Positions 1-11,232 of a DNA stretch of 50,694 bases are shown in pieces. Positions within the stretch are counted from its first letter, which is position 1; each line of letters opens with the position of its first letter. Under the pieces are notes generated by a model. It saw only the letters and a list, made by a program, of their open reading frames with translations. It was not told the origin of the DNA and made no database searches. Position numbers and translations under genes: made by a program. Source of the DNA: Octopus bimaculoides (taxonomy: Eukaryota). The stretch lies in NCBI RefSeq assembly GCF_001194135.2, contig NC_068988.1, forward strand, positions 1,727,250 to 1,777,943, given 5' to 3'.

Positions 1-199
1 ATATATATATATATATATATATACATACATGCTGACTTGCATATATGAATATGCACGTATGAGTCTATATTTGTGTATATTTTTATGGATGTATACACAC
101 ACATACATGTGGCCATATTAAATTTGACAAAAACTTGTTAAGATCCAACGTCAGCGAAAGGAAATACATAAGTGAGGACGACATTAGCTGAAGTTTTAC

Positions 200-600
200 C
201 TTGTGTTTCTTCAATATTCCAGCGTTCAGGCTTCTTCATGGAGGCACATAAAAATGGGAGGTGGAATAAGGCCATTGCTTGTTGAGATATGTTGTAGAGG
301 GTAGCGACATGCGCAAACTGGTGCTGTCATAATAGCCAGTCTGCTTCGTTTGGTTCTCATCTGTTATTTAATGCTGGTTTCCTTGATTCGGAAGTTGCCT
401 GAGTTACATGCTGTGATGGATACTGTGAAGCTTTGGACCTGATATTTCCGAAAGTGTTTATGGATTGAAGGGTTTGTGCGTACGTGTTCCTTGATGTGGA
501 TGTGCAATTCTCTGGCGATGTTCCCAAGATGCACCACGTTTGCAGCAGACGACCTCAGATAGATAAGTAGTCTCTCGAACACGTCTTTAAGTTGTTGATG
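200..600 (-). mobile_element. Penelope-like element remnant (GIY-YIG endonuclease C-terminus plus 3' region), decayed
   Basis: Minus-strand translation LIYLRSSAANVVHLGNIARELHIHIKEH...SIHKHF...NFRIKETSIK resembles the PLE GIY-YIG pattern (VIY.I.C..C...YIG.T.R.LH.RIKEH...LRIKEA..IK). It is followed by a degenerate hammerhead motif at 209-244. Confidence 0.65.
209..244 (-). ncRNA. Degenerate minimal type-I hammerhead ribozyme motif
   Basis: Minus strand CCTC-C(A)TGAAGA-AGC CTGAAC GCT-GGAA-TATT-GAAG. Stem II is AGC/GCT, stem I is CCTC/GAAG with 1 mismatch, and the stem III region is the palindrome AATATT. The core carries mutations. Confidence 0.45.
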
Positions 601-1212
601 GGGCAATTGGACAGTGTGCACTCCACGAAGCTGTTTGTAGTACGATTCCTGTCTCTCTATCTCTTGGTCTTTCTTTTATTCTTCCTTTCTTCTGCTCAAC
701 ATCCTTACTACACGGCATAACGCTTTCATGTGTCTTAATCCAACTCTTATCTAAGAATCCTTTCAACTTCTAAATTCCACCCCCCTACCTTCCACTTTTT
801 CACGAACCTCCCTTTTCCTGCTAATTTACTCTGATTCTACACCTTTTTATCTTCAGTTTCCTCTTCAGTTATCTCCAGCTGTCGTCAATTAAATTAGTTT
901 TGTTTTGCTGACTCCACCAATTAACCATGCAGTCAAGTTTTTTCTTCATTAACTAAGATTATCTCTATCCATACAGCTTAATTGCTATATTTTTGACCTG
1001 TTCCTACTTTAGTTGAAAGAAAGACAAGATTAACAAGATTACAATCATTGGTTGATAGTCTTAGTTAAGCAAAATACAATGGCGACCAATTTCATAACGA
1101 GAAATATTGTGAAAGTGGAATATGATTCTGTGAAGAACCAAGATGTAAGACTAACATTGTTTCCTACGATATCTTTATTGGTTGAGAAGACTCAAGAGAG
1201 CGATGTGTTTAC

Positions 1213-1270
1213 CTGAAGCAAACATGGATGTATCGTGTATGATGGAGATGATGAGTTGAAAAGGTGGAAC
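1213..1270 (-). other. Weak candidate 58-nt internal exon
   Basis: Minus strand ttcatttcaag|GTTCC...CTTCAG|gtaaaa. All three frames are open (e.g. VPPFQLIISIIHDTSMFAS). No recognisable homology. Confidence 0.15.
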
Positions 1271-1369
1271 CTTGAAATGAATTGCAAACTTTCATTTTAT
1301 TTATTTGTTTACTGAGTATGTGCGTATGTGAGAGAGGAAAATAAAATAAAATAAAAGTGAGAAATATAT

Positions 1370-1487
1370 GACGGGCTTCTTTCAGTTTTCGTCGACCAAA
1401 TCTACTCAAGGTGCCACGCAGTGGGACTGAACCCGGAACCATGTGCATGGGAAGCAAGCTTCTTATCACACAGCCACGCCTGCACCT
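1370..1487 (-). mobile_element. tRNA-derived SINE, family B (internally deleted copy)
   Basis: Reverse complement of the head ggcgtggctgtgtgataagaagcttgcttccc...ggttccgggttcagtcccactgcgtggcacc, which is shared with the copies at 8377, 24481, 29388, 30541, 45499 and 50346. Confidence 0.85.
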
Positions 1488-1893
1488 GACTACTTTACTT
1501 TTACTGTATGGCGTCAAGGTAAGTTTGGCATCGAGAAACCTCGTCTAGGTTGAAAACTGATAAAAAATGTAATCATCCTCCACGAAGAGTCACAGTAAAG
1601 TATCGAGATGTATGTTTTAAGAAAAAAAACTGCGGCTTCTAAGCCGTGTTTGGTGTCTTAGACGTACATTTGTAATTTGTGTATGAATATGTATTTGGAA
1701 TTGCTTACGTATGTCTTTTTTTTTTTGTGTGTATTTGTAGAAAGCAATACCCGTATGCTTACGTGAACAACGGAGATGACATGAACACTTGCAGACAAGC
1801 GCACACGTCTGTTTATTGCGGAAAACGACAGTGTTTGTCGAGATTTGTTTAAAACTATTGTGGATGTTTATATTAAGAGTTGGCAAGTGTTTG

Positions 1894-1905
1894 TGTGAGA
1901 GAGAG

Positions 1906-1975
<70 letters not shown>

Positions 1976-2231
1976 TCGCTCTCTCTTTCTCTCTCTGTTT
2001 CTTCGATTCTGTTTATCCCTTTGATACAAACAGGCAAAGAGAAAGGTGCGTGTGCGTGTGTGCCTGTGTAAGAAAGGGAAACTAAGAGAGAAAGAGTGTG
2101 CGTACGTGTGCGTGTGCGTGAGTATATGCGTGTATGTGAGAGAGATAGAGAGTTAAATATGTAGGAAAATAAAGAAGAAAAGAGAGAGAAAGTAAGAGGG
2201 GAAGAGAGAGAAAAAGAAAGAAGTGAGAGAG

Positions 2232-2291
<60 letters not shown>

Positions 2292-2431
2292 GAGATACAG
2301 AGAAATTTTTTGAACGTCAAATTTGAAAATCGCCATTCAACATCCGAGTTATTTCAAATATGGCGGACGAGTTGCTGAGAGTTTTGAAGTGAGAGATAGA
2401 AAGATAAGCAGATAGATAGATATATAGATAG

Positions 2432-2486
<55 letters not shown>

Positions 2487-2490
2487 GAGA
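1894..2490. repeat. Compound (GA)n/(CTTT)n/(GAAA)n/(GATA)n microsatellite field
   Basis: Directly visible. It explains the ERER and LSLS ORFs. Confidence 0.95.
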
Positions 2491-2956
2491 AAGCCTGTTA
2501 GAGCTTATGTTGTTTGTGTGAGTGTATGGTGGTTGTGAGGGTGGGGTGGGGGCGTAATAAGGTGTAAAGAAGAGGTGGAGGGGTGGGTAAAGGTAGGAAG
2601 GAAAGAAGCATCGTCCCGAATGTAAATATTTACCACTTCCTGCAGAATCATGCCGCTGTCAGCGGTTACCGAGATCATGCCGTCGACGTCCATCTTCTCA
2701 CGCAGCAAACAGACATGCACAATTGCGCGCGCGCGCGCGCGTGCATGTGTGTGTGTGTTATAAGTATATATAGACAGAGAGACATACAAACACACACACA
2801 CACACACACACCCTCTCTCTCTCTCATACATGCGAGGGTTTGTACCGAAAGTAAAACTAAAGTAGAAATAACATTTCTTTTTTATTAACTGATATCGGTC
2901 GTTCAAATTGTAAACGTGGGTACAGTATTTATTTGTTCCTGTACGGTAATTCTTAC

Positions 2957-2957
<1 letters not shown>

Positions 2958-2990
<33 letters not shown>

Positions 2991-3113
2991 CTTCTTCTTC
3001 TTCTTCTTCTTCTTCTTCTTCTTCTTCTTCTTCTTCTTCTTCTTCTTCTTCTTCTTCTTCTTCTTCTTCTTCTTCTTCTTCTTCTTCTTCTTCTTCTTCT
3101 TCTTCTTCTTCTT
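2958..3113. repeat. (GTT)n-(CTT)n compound trinucleotide microsatellite
   Basis: Directly visible. Confidence 0.97.
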
Positions 3114-3134
3114 TGCAGACAACAAAGAATGGGT

Positions 3135-3605
3135 TGAGATCAGAAGCGACCTGCCGTCATTGAGTTCTTGACGAAAAGCGGTGTTGCAGGCTGTTCAACA
3201 TTCGCAGAAAGTAGCTGGTTGTTTGGAGAGACGGCGCCATTGACGAGAACAATATAAGCACAGATGGGTGAAGAGACCAGCACCGAAAAGAAATCATGCA
3301 AGTAGTGGTAGTGGGGGGGGGACTCCAACCGTGACCACCGACACGAATCGCTAGCAAGCAGACGAATTGATTAGCGTGGACAACGAACCATAATCTATGA
3401 GTTTTCTATGCAACTGGACTGTGGTCACAACGCATTAAAGACGATGGAAACAATTTTGGGTCGAAGACACGTTTTCTTTCCGATCTGGCGACTGGAGATG
3501 AAACGTATGTGTATCTTCATGATGAAGAAACGAAAGCTGAGTTCATGGTATGGCACCATTCCTCTCCTCCAAGGCCTGAGAAGTTCAAGAATCAGCGATC
3601 AACGC
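3135..3605 (+). pseudogene. Mariner-family transposase remnant, internally deleted and frameshifted
   Basis: Translates to QKRPAVIEFLTKSG (N-terminal HTH start), PTVTTDTNR*QADELI, and FLSDLATGDETYVYLHDEETKAEFMVWHHSSPPRPEKFK. The last is the mariner TGDET motif containing the first catalytic Asp. Confidence 0.85.
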
Positions 3606-4384
3606 AATTTTTGTCTCTTTTATTGGTAACCAATGCAGCCTAAACAATATGGAATATTAGTGGTATTATATACAGAATTGTTTTTTTTTTGTCCTCTAAG
3701 TTTTTGTACCTTCTTTCTGGTTGTTGTTTGGAGGATAATCAAGGAGAAACCGAATGACAGCAGTCAATGTTTGAAACATGTTTAGTGGTAGGTCAGCGCG
3801 GATTTATTATTCTTTTATCGTCTGAAGTCAAACTTCACAACGATATAATGTAAACGGCAATTATAATACAAAACAAAAACTGCAGTTATATATAAATAGT
3901 TAACTGCTATATATTAACTGTGATATATTTGTAGTAAACGTGATATAACTTGCTGACTCTGTTATGAAAAGTAATAAATATTTAACTTCGTCTTCAATAT
4001 TCCTTTTACTGGTTCTTGCTAGGTAATTATTTCATTATTTTTAAACAATGCCAACGGAAGTGCCTAATTCTTTAACAGTATCGACTTTATTACTGTTCCT
4101 CACTCTTGAAAGTTTACTGAAATTAACTTTAGTTTTCACCATTCTATTCTCCATAGAAGAACTAGCTGTGATAATATACAGAAATAATTGACGAAATCAT
4201 TCTCTTCACCAAATAATCTTTTGTCTAGACTGCAGACAAAAAGAAATCATTTAATTATAGAAGACAATATTTGCTGAATTGTGAAGGATATTTTGTCATT
4301 TCCCAAACGTCTGTAGAACACATCCTGGAGACATTCACCCAATTTGGATTTCTGCAGCATTCCGATATTACTGTTGCTGTTGTT

Positions 4385-4600
4385 ATTGTTGTTGCTTGTG
4401 GTTGTTGTCTAGCTTCGGATCAATCCATATAAAGCATACCTACTTTCAAATACTTTCCACCTACGACCGTTTCATTTTGGGACTTATCTTGGATTACATT
4501 ATGCAAAACAAGCACTTTCTTTTCGAAAGATCATGAAAGTGATTTGAGGGAGATTTTACGGCTATTTATAAGAGGACAAATGGCTACGTAAAGGGGCCTC
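4385..4600. repeat. Interspersed repeat family E (unclassified), degenerate
   Basis: Shares the core gtgatttgagggagatttt..gctattt with 30905-30970, with 33200-33370, and with the reverse complement of 32730-32920. Confidence 0.6.
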
Positions 4601-4986
4601 TTTGTCAGCTCATACTACATTCTATGTTTTACAAGGGTGAACTGCGGCCCCGTTGTCAAACCACTCTCTCTTAAAGAAGAGTACCTTCCTCATAGATATG
4701 ATTTAATTCAGTATGGCGAACTAACGAAACACTGCTTATTGAGCTGGTGCATTATATTACCGTGTGTTAGCTGCACAGGCGACCGGGTCAATAGCGTACA
4801 GGGAGATTAGCTGGAGTGGGGTGAATAGTTCGTATTGTGCAAAAGGTATTGCAATGAGTCGGCCACAAATACACTTTGTTCTCAAGGTCTGAGTCCACCT
4901 TGTATTATTGAGTAATGCAGGGAGGAATAATTCTTTGTTAGCAGTGAGTTATTCCTTTAGGTTTCGCTACAGATAATTTGGGTTGT

Positions 4987-5205
4987 AATATTGGTTTCGA
5001 ATTTTGGCACAAGGCCAGCAATTTCGGGAGAGGATTAAGTCGATTACATCGACCCCACCAGTCAACTGGTACTTAATTTATCAACCCCAAAAGGATGAAA
5101 GGCAAAGTCGACCTCGGCTGAGTTTGAACTCAGAGCATGGAGACGGACGCAGCGCGGCTAAGCATTTTGTCCGGCCTGCTAACGATTCTTCCAGCTCGCT
5201 GCCTT
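4987..5205 (-). mobile_element. tRNA-derived SINE, family A
   Basis: Reverse complement of the head ggcagcgagctgg..gaatcgttagc, the B-box-like gagttcaaa, and the core ctttcatcct..ggggt.gataaattaagtaccag. Confidence 0.9.
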
Positions 5206-5230
5206 AAATTGGATTCTAATAAAGCTCGGT

Positions 5231-5427
5231 TTAGTATGCCGGGAAAAATGCTTGGCAGCATTTCGTCCGTCTTCATGTTCTGAGTTCAAATTCCGCCGAG
5301 GTCGACTTTATTTTTCATCCTTTTGGGGTCGATAAATTAAGTACCAGCTGAACACTGGGGTCGATGCAATCGACTTACCCCTTCCCCCGAAATTGCTGGC
5401 CTTGTGCCAAAGTTTGAGATCAATATT
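5231..5427 (+). mobile_element. tRNA-derived SINE, family A (head-to-head with the previous copy)
   Basis: ttctgagttcaaattccgccgaggtcgac...catccttttggggtcgataaattaagtaccag...aaattgctggccttgtgccaaa. Confidence 0.9.
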
Positions 5428-5619
5428 TGGTTCCTTTAACAGAAACAGCTGCTGGCCATAGACCGGCCTCTAATTCGGTTCGCTATCTCTAAAGTTGAAG
5501 GAACCAGAAATAGTCAAACCTACCTTGTTTATTATTTAAATATACCGTCAGTGGTGCTTAATTGATAATTACNNNNNNNNNNNNNNNNNNNNNNNNNNNN
5601 NNNNNNNNNNNNNNNNNNN

Positions 5620-5656
<37 letters not shown>

Positions 5657-6329
5657 TATATATACATCTACACACACACACACACTCATATATATGTGTG
5701 TGTGTGTATATGCATATGTGTGTGTGTGTGTGTGTGTGTGTATTCTTTATTAATCGAAAATAAGTTTCATTAGAACGGTGCCAGAGATAAAGAATATAGA
5801 TTGTTTCCAATTTATAACTAGAACTGTTTGTTCCGTTCGCTATCTTTCAACTTATGTCTTGTAGTAGTAGTAGTAGTAGTAGTAGTCTATAAAAATACAA
5901 CCAAGCATTTTATTTTTGTTTCTTAAAAGCAAAAGTGTTTCGAGATCACTTTTCTCCAAAAATATGATTTGACGGCAAAAATAGAAAGGAAAAATGAGAA
6001 AATGTGGTAGAAATGACAAGATAATACCCGATAATTATATTTTATTGGTCAATCGCTTCTTTGGGTTAGGATTGAAACTACTTATTGCTGACTTCAATAG
6101 TCTTCGAGTCTAGCATGAGCATATTTTGATGAGCTTAAATATCAGGAATTAAAGACCAACGTTTGTTGAGGAATGGTAAATTTGGTGGCGTCTACAGAAT
6201 TATATCATTGCCATATATTTTATTATTGCCCTCTCAGAGATGAAATGCTAAATCGATTCATAACTTAACATCAAAAATAAAACACAAAAATCAATCGTTC
6301 TGTTACTTCTGTCAACAAAGTCGATCAAT

Positions 6330-6490
6330 AACCAAATGCTAGAACATCTTAACATTCTAAATTCCAATTTAGCTGGGTTCAATTTTGCTTTTTATCCCTT
6401 CGGGGCCAATGAAATAAGATATCAGCCGATGTAATGGACGAATCCACCCCACTAAATCTCTAATCTTGCGTCTCGATTAGAAATAATTAT
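6330..6490 (+). mobile_element. SINE family A, old degenerate copy
   Basis: ttttgctttttatcccttcggggccaatgaaataag resembles the family A core. Confidence 0.6.
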
Positions 6491-6570
6491 TTTCCACTTC
6501 TTCATCACTCTTTACCTGAACGGATTTTAATTTCTCCCGTTACAATACACCGCCAGAGACGGCAGACGAT

Positions 6571-6777
6571 CAGTGGTTCTTAACAGGGGGTCCATATTAG
6601 ATTTTGTTGTTAAAAATTATCAGCAGCAAACTGGTTATACTTCTAAAATACACAAAATATTTTTGACTATTTTTTATACAATTCCTAATAATATTTAATG
6701 ATTATAAAAATAAGTTTTTTTTTTAAATTTCAAATGGCTAAAAAGGGCCACAAATAAAACATGGTTGAGAACCCCTG
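6571..6777. mobile_element. hAT (Charlie-like) MITE
   Basis: Imperfect TIRs: CAGTGGTTCTTAAC and GTTGAGAACCCCTG (reverse complement CAGGGGTTCTCAAC). The interior is AT-rich. The 8-bp flanks do not match, so the TSD is lost. Confidence 0.7.
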
Positions 6778-6804
6778 GTGTAAATGATTAAATTCTTTAA
6801 AATT

Positions 6805-7060
6805 TTTGGTACAAAGCCAGCAATTTTGAGGGGAAGGGGAATCGATTACATCGACTCCAGTATTCAACTGGTACTTATTTTATCGACCCCGAAATGTAAA
6901 GTTAGCCTCGGCAGTATTTGAACTTACAACGTAAAGAATCGCGAGAAATGCTACTAAGTATTTCGTCCGATTCACGATTCCGCGAGTATAAAGTATAAAG
7001 GCGGGCGAAATGCCGCTAAGCGTTTTACTCGGCCTGCTAACGATTCTGCCAGCTCTCCGC
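6805..7060 (-). mobile_element. SINE family A with a partly duplicated head
   Basis: aactggtacttattttatcgaccccgaaa...ctaacgattctgccagctctccgcc. Confidence 0.85.
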
Positions 7061-7139
7061 CATCTTTTTCCAGGTGTAAATATCACCAGGTATTTACACC
7101 AACATTCAACTGTTTCCGTCTTAACCCCTAATACATATT

Positions 7140-7322
7140 GCTACTAATCTAGGCATAAGACCTACAGTTTTGAGGGGAGGGGTTACTAATTTTGTCGATT
7201 CCGAAAGGATGAAATGCTATATTTGATTTTGGCGGAATTTGAACTCAGAACGTAAAGAGCCGGAAGAAATTCAACAGGTCATTTTGCTCGATGCTCTACC
7301 GATTCTGTCCATCGGCCGCCTT
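7140..7322 (-). mobile_element. SINE family A, degenerate
   Basis: ggcggaatttgaactcagaacgtaaagagccggaagaaat. Confidence 0.8.
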
Positions 7323-7533
7323 AACATCAACATATATTAATAGTCACACCATTATTATCAAATATGGTAAACTCTGCCAGAGTCTCGGCGATCGCGTTCT
7401 TCCATTGCCATAGAGTGAATATAATTGTTCTGGGGAGGTTGTTATCGCGAGAATTTCTTCCACCACGGTTTTCTTATAGTGCAGCTCAGCCGATTCTGAG
7501 AGAGAGAGAGAGAGAGAGAGAGANNNNNNNNNN

Positions 7534-7564
<31 letters not shown>

Positions 7565-7589
7565 GCAAACACACTCAGAGTGAAAGAGA

Positions 7590-7735
7590 GGTGGAATTGA
7601 TTCCAGTTTTTGACTGGTACTTTATTTTTATAGAACCCGGAAGAACGACAGAGTTGAGCTTGGCGTGATTTGAACGGAAAACGCAGAGAACCAGAACGAG
7701 CATTGCCAAACGTTTTCCAATGCTCGACGCCTCTT
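7590..7735 (-). mobile_element. SINE family A, degenerate
   Basis: tgactggtactttattttatagaacccgg...gatttgaac. Confidence 0.65.
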
Positions 7736-8371
7736 AACAGTCATGCACATATACATTATATTATATCATATCATATTATATTCGTCGCTTTATTAAAACT
7801 GTATTTCTAACAAGGTAAAAGCAACCAAACATTGTAGCAACGGTTATGTTCATCGTTAAGTGAATATTTACGTGTTTGGAGTCACGAATTCTTGCTTGTA
7901 TTGGTTAGAGACTTCCTATAATAAGGTTAACTCTTCTGGCTCAAAGAAGGATGAAAAACGTAGATAGACGAAAATACTAGTTTCTGATTGGTTGAAGCAC
8001 AAACAGTATTCTTCATTGGTCATGGCTTTTACATGTTTGAGATATTTAGATAAGTAACTGTCGCCATTTCCAGACGTTTCTGCTGCTGTCTAATATACCA
8101 CTACGAGTGACGGTAAAAGTGGAAAGGAATTAAATTAACATCGGAATCTCTTCTAAGTCAGAAATAATCTTCCTTTCTTTCTTTCGAGGAACACATTACA
8201 ATGATGCAATAAGCTAGATGTAAACTGTATCAGCAATTCGGTTTCGATTCTCATCTGGAATCGACGGATCTCGATCGTGTTGCCAATGCGGGGACTGTTT
8301 AAAATTTAATGATGTTCCTCAATATTCTCTGCCTTGATAGACGTCCTATTATTTAACTCGATGTACACAAG

Positions 8372-8530
8372 CATGGATGTGTGGTAAGAAGCTTGTTTCG
8401 CAATTATGCACTCTTGGGTTCAATCCCACTGCGTGTCATCGTGGGCAAGTATATTCTACTTTAGTAACAGACCGACCATAGCCTTGTCAGTAGATTGGAC
8501 TGACGAAAAAGGAAAGAAGACCGTTGCATA
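8372..8530 (+). mobile_element. SINE family B
   Basis: gtgtggtaagaagcttg...gggttcaatcccactgcgtg...gaccgacca.agccttgt. Confidence 0.8.
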
Positions 8531-8538
8531 TACATACA

Positions 8539-8594
<56 letters not shown>

Positions 8595-9098
8595 NNNNNN
8601 NNNNNNNNNNNNNNNNNNNNNNNNNNNNNNNNNNNNNNNNNNNNNNNNNNNNNNNNNNNNNNNNNNNNNNNNNNNNNNNNNNNNNNNNNNNNNNNNNNNN
8701 NNNNNNNNNNNNNNNNNNNNNNNNNNNNNNNNNNNNNNNNNNNNNNNNNNNNNNGATCTTAAATATACAATAAGGATATATATATGCATACATACATACA
8801 TACATACATGCATGCATGCATGCCTGTATTCATGTCTACCAACTAAACATACATACATATACGCACCTGTATATACATGTATTTGTTTGTACAAGCCCTC
8901 CTCCAAACTCCGGTGTATTGTGAACTATTAATGCATTAGTTGTATGCTGTCAACTTAATGTGACAGTCCCCCGAAGGGAATAATACTACCGTTGGTTAGA
9001 CCTAGGAAGCTGCACCGCTTCCTGTCGGCCTTGACACATTTCCTGTGTCCTTATGTTTACAAGGGGGAGACAAACACCTCCACCCAGTTAAGCCTGCA

Positions 9099-9141
9099 TC
9101 CAGAGACATGTTTCTGAGTCTTTGCTCGTCATCAGTCTGGA
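9099..9141 (-). ncRNA. Minimal type-I hammerhead ribozyme motif, near-intact
   Basis: Minus strand TCCAGA-CTGATGA-C-GAG CAAAGA CTC-A-GAAA-CATG-TC-TCTGGA. It has a perfect 6-bp stem I, intact CUGAUGA and GAAA cores, stem II GAG/CTC, the palindrome ACATGT as stem III, and a GUC cleavage triplet. Confidence 0.8.
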
Positions 9142-9820
9142 GTAGCATAACCTGCTAGTGGAAGATGCCTGTAGTATAAATCTCTCTAAGAGATTTAGAA
9201 ATGTATTCTTTCTAAATATTAATGTATTGTATTGTATGTATGTATATGTGCATNNNNNNNNNNNNNNNNNNNNNNNNNNNNNNNNNNNNNNNNNNNNNNN
9301 NNNNNNNNNNNNNNNNNNNNNNNNNNNNNNNNNNNNNNNNNNNNNNNNNNNNNNNNNNNNNNNNNNNNNNNNNNNNNNNNNNNNNNNNNNNNNNNNNNNN
9401 NNNNNNNNNNNNNNNNNNNNNNNNNNNNNNNNNNNNNNNNNNNNNNNNNNNNNNNNNNNNNNNNNNNNNNNNNNNNNNNNNNNNNNNNNNNNNNNNNNNN
9501 NNNNNNNNNNNNNNNNNNNNNNNNNNNNNNNNNNNNNNNNNNNNNNNNNNNNNNNNNNNNNNNNNNNNNNNNNNNNNNNNNNNNNNNNNNNNNNNNNNNN
9601 NNNNNNNNNNNNNNNNNNNNNNNNNNNNNNNNNNNNNNNNNNNNNNNNNNNNNNNNNNNNNNNNNNNNNNNNNNNNNNNNNNNNNNNNNNNNNNNNNNNN
9701 NNNNNNNNNNNNNNNNNNNNNNNNNNNNNNNNNNNNNNNNNNNNNNNNNNNNNNNNNNNNNNNNNNNNNNNNNNNNNNNNNNNNNNNNNNNNNNNNNNNN
9801 NNNNNNNNNNNNNNNNNNNN

Positions 9821-9853
<33 letters not shown>

Positions 9854-9858
9854 CTGTG

Positions 9859-9890
<32 letters not shown>

Positions 9891-10365
9891 CATGCCTCTT
9901 ACCACACAGCCGCTCCTGCGACTATATATGCAGTGGGAATGAATTTTGAGTAACCGTTAACATAATTTAATTTACTTTAAGGTACTTAAGTTTACATAAG
10001 TTTACTTTTAACCTTCCCATTCTTACAAACACCAAGTAAATAACTAACTCGCTTTGTGATCATGAATGCATCAAACCTCACTTGTGCGCATGCTCACATT
10101 TATGCGGATGCTTGTATGAGCGAGTGTACCCGCGCCGTGCAGCTTGCTCCAGGGCGTTTATACATCCGTATTTGTTAACGGCTATTTTTAATACTCTTCT
10201 CGCTAAATTACGTGTTCGTTTGTCTTTTTTCCATCTGTGATTTTATTTTTGATCTTCTATATAAATGAAGATATTCCCTCTGTCTGGCTGCTTTTCTTTC
10301 TAGAAAACCAGAAGTTACATCGTGGAACTGTTATTTTAATGAGTTGTATTCATTTATCACCCGAC

Positions 10366-10450
10366 AGGATACATCTGCGCCGCCGGGTGCTCTTGAACCA
10401 GTTGTTGAGTGTCCCACCCATGAGGGATTGTTGTTAGATTTGTCGAAACA
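10366..10450 (+). other. Unique CpG-containing open stretch, possible exon fragment
   Basis: Acceptor-like tttatcacccgacag|GATAC followed by the open frame DTSAPPGALEPVVECPTHEGLLLDLSKQL. No convincing donor and no homology recognised. Confidence 0.12.
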
Positions 10451-11011
10451 ATTGTCGTTTTTCATAATAAATTCTCGTATATTCATCTTCCGTCTTTGGT
10501 TTGCTATATATACACACACACACACACACANNNNNNNNNNNNNNNNNNNNNNNNNNNNNNNNNNNNNNNNNNNNNNNNNNNNNNNNNNNNNNNNNNNNNN
10601 NNNNNNNNNNNNNNNNNNNNNNNNNNNNNNNNNNNNNNNNNNNNNNNNNNNNNNNNNNNNNNNNNNNNNNNNNNNNNNNNNNNNNNNNNNNNNNNNNNNN
10701 NNNNNNNNNNNNNNNNNNNNNNNNNNNNNNNNNNNNNNNNNNNNNNNNNNNNNNNNNNNNNNNNNNNNNNNNNNNNNNNNNNNNNNNNNNNNNNNNNNNN
10801 NNNNNNNNNNNNNNNNNNNNNNNNNNNNNNNNNNNNNNNNNNNNNNNNNNNNNNNNNNNNNNNNNNNNNNNNNNNNNNNNNNNNNNNNNNNNNNNNNNNN
10901 NNNNNNNNNNNNNNNNNNNNNNNNNNNNNNNNNNNNNNNNNNNNNNNNNNNNNNNNNNNNNNNNNNNNNNNNNNNTTTCGCCCGGCGTGCTAACGTTTCT
11001 CATTTCTTTAC

Positions 11012-11232
11012 TGCCCACAAGCGCCTACACACAGAGGGGACAAACAAGGACAGACAAACGGATTAAGTCCATTATGTCGATCCCAGTGCGTAACTGGTAC
11101 TTATTTAATCAACCCCGAATGGATGAAAGGCAAAGTCGACCTCGGCGGAATTTGAACTCAGAACGTCAAAACAGACGAAATACCGCTAAGCATTTCGCCC
11201 GGCGTGCTAACGTTTCTGCCAGCTCGCTGCCA
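11012..11232 (-). mobile_element. SINE family A, well-preserved copy with long tail
   Basis: ggatgaaaggcaaagtcgacctcggcggaatttgaactcagaacgt...gctaagcatttcgcccggcgtgctaacgtttctgccagctcgctgcc. Confidence 0.95.

Noticed and set aside
1503-1524. Consensus plus-strand donor CAAG|gtaagt
   Set aside because: The upstream sequence is a SINE B remnant and T-rich flank, with no exon candidate.
10976-11005. Duplicate of the SINE head next to the gap
   Set aside because: It abuts an N-gap and nearly duplicates 11185-11214, so it is likely an assembly overlap or an adjacent truncated copy.
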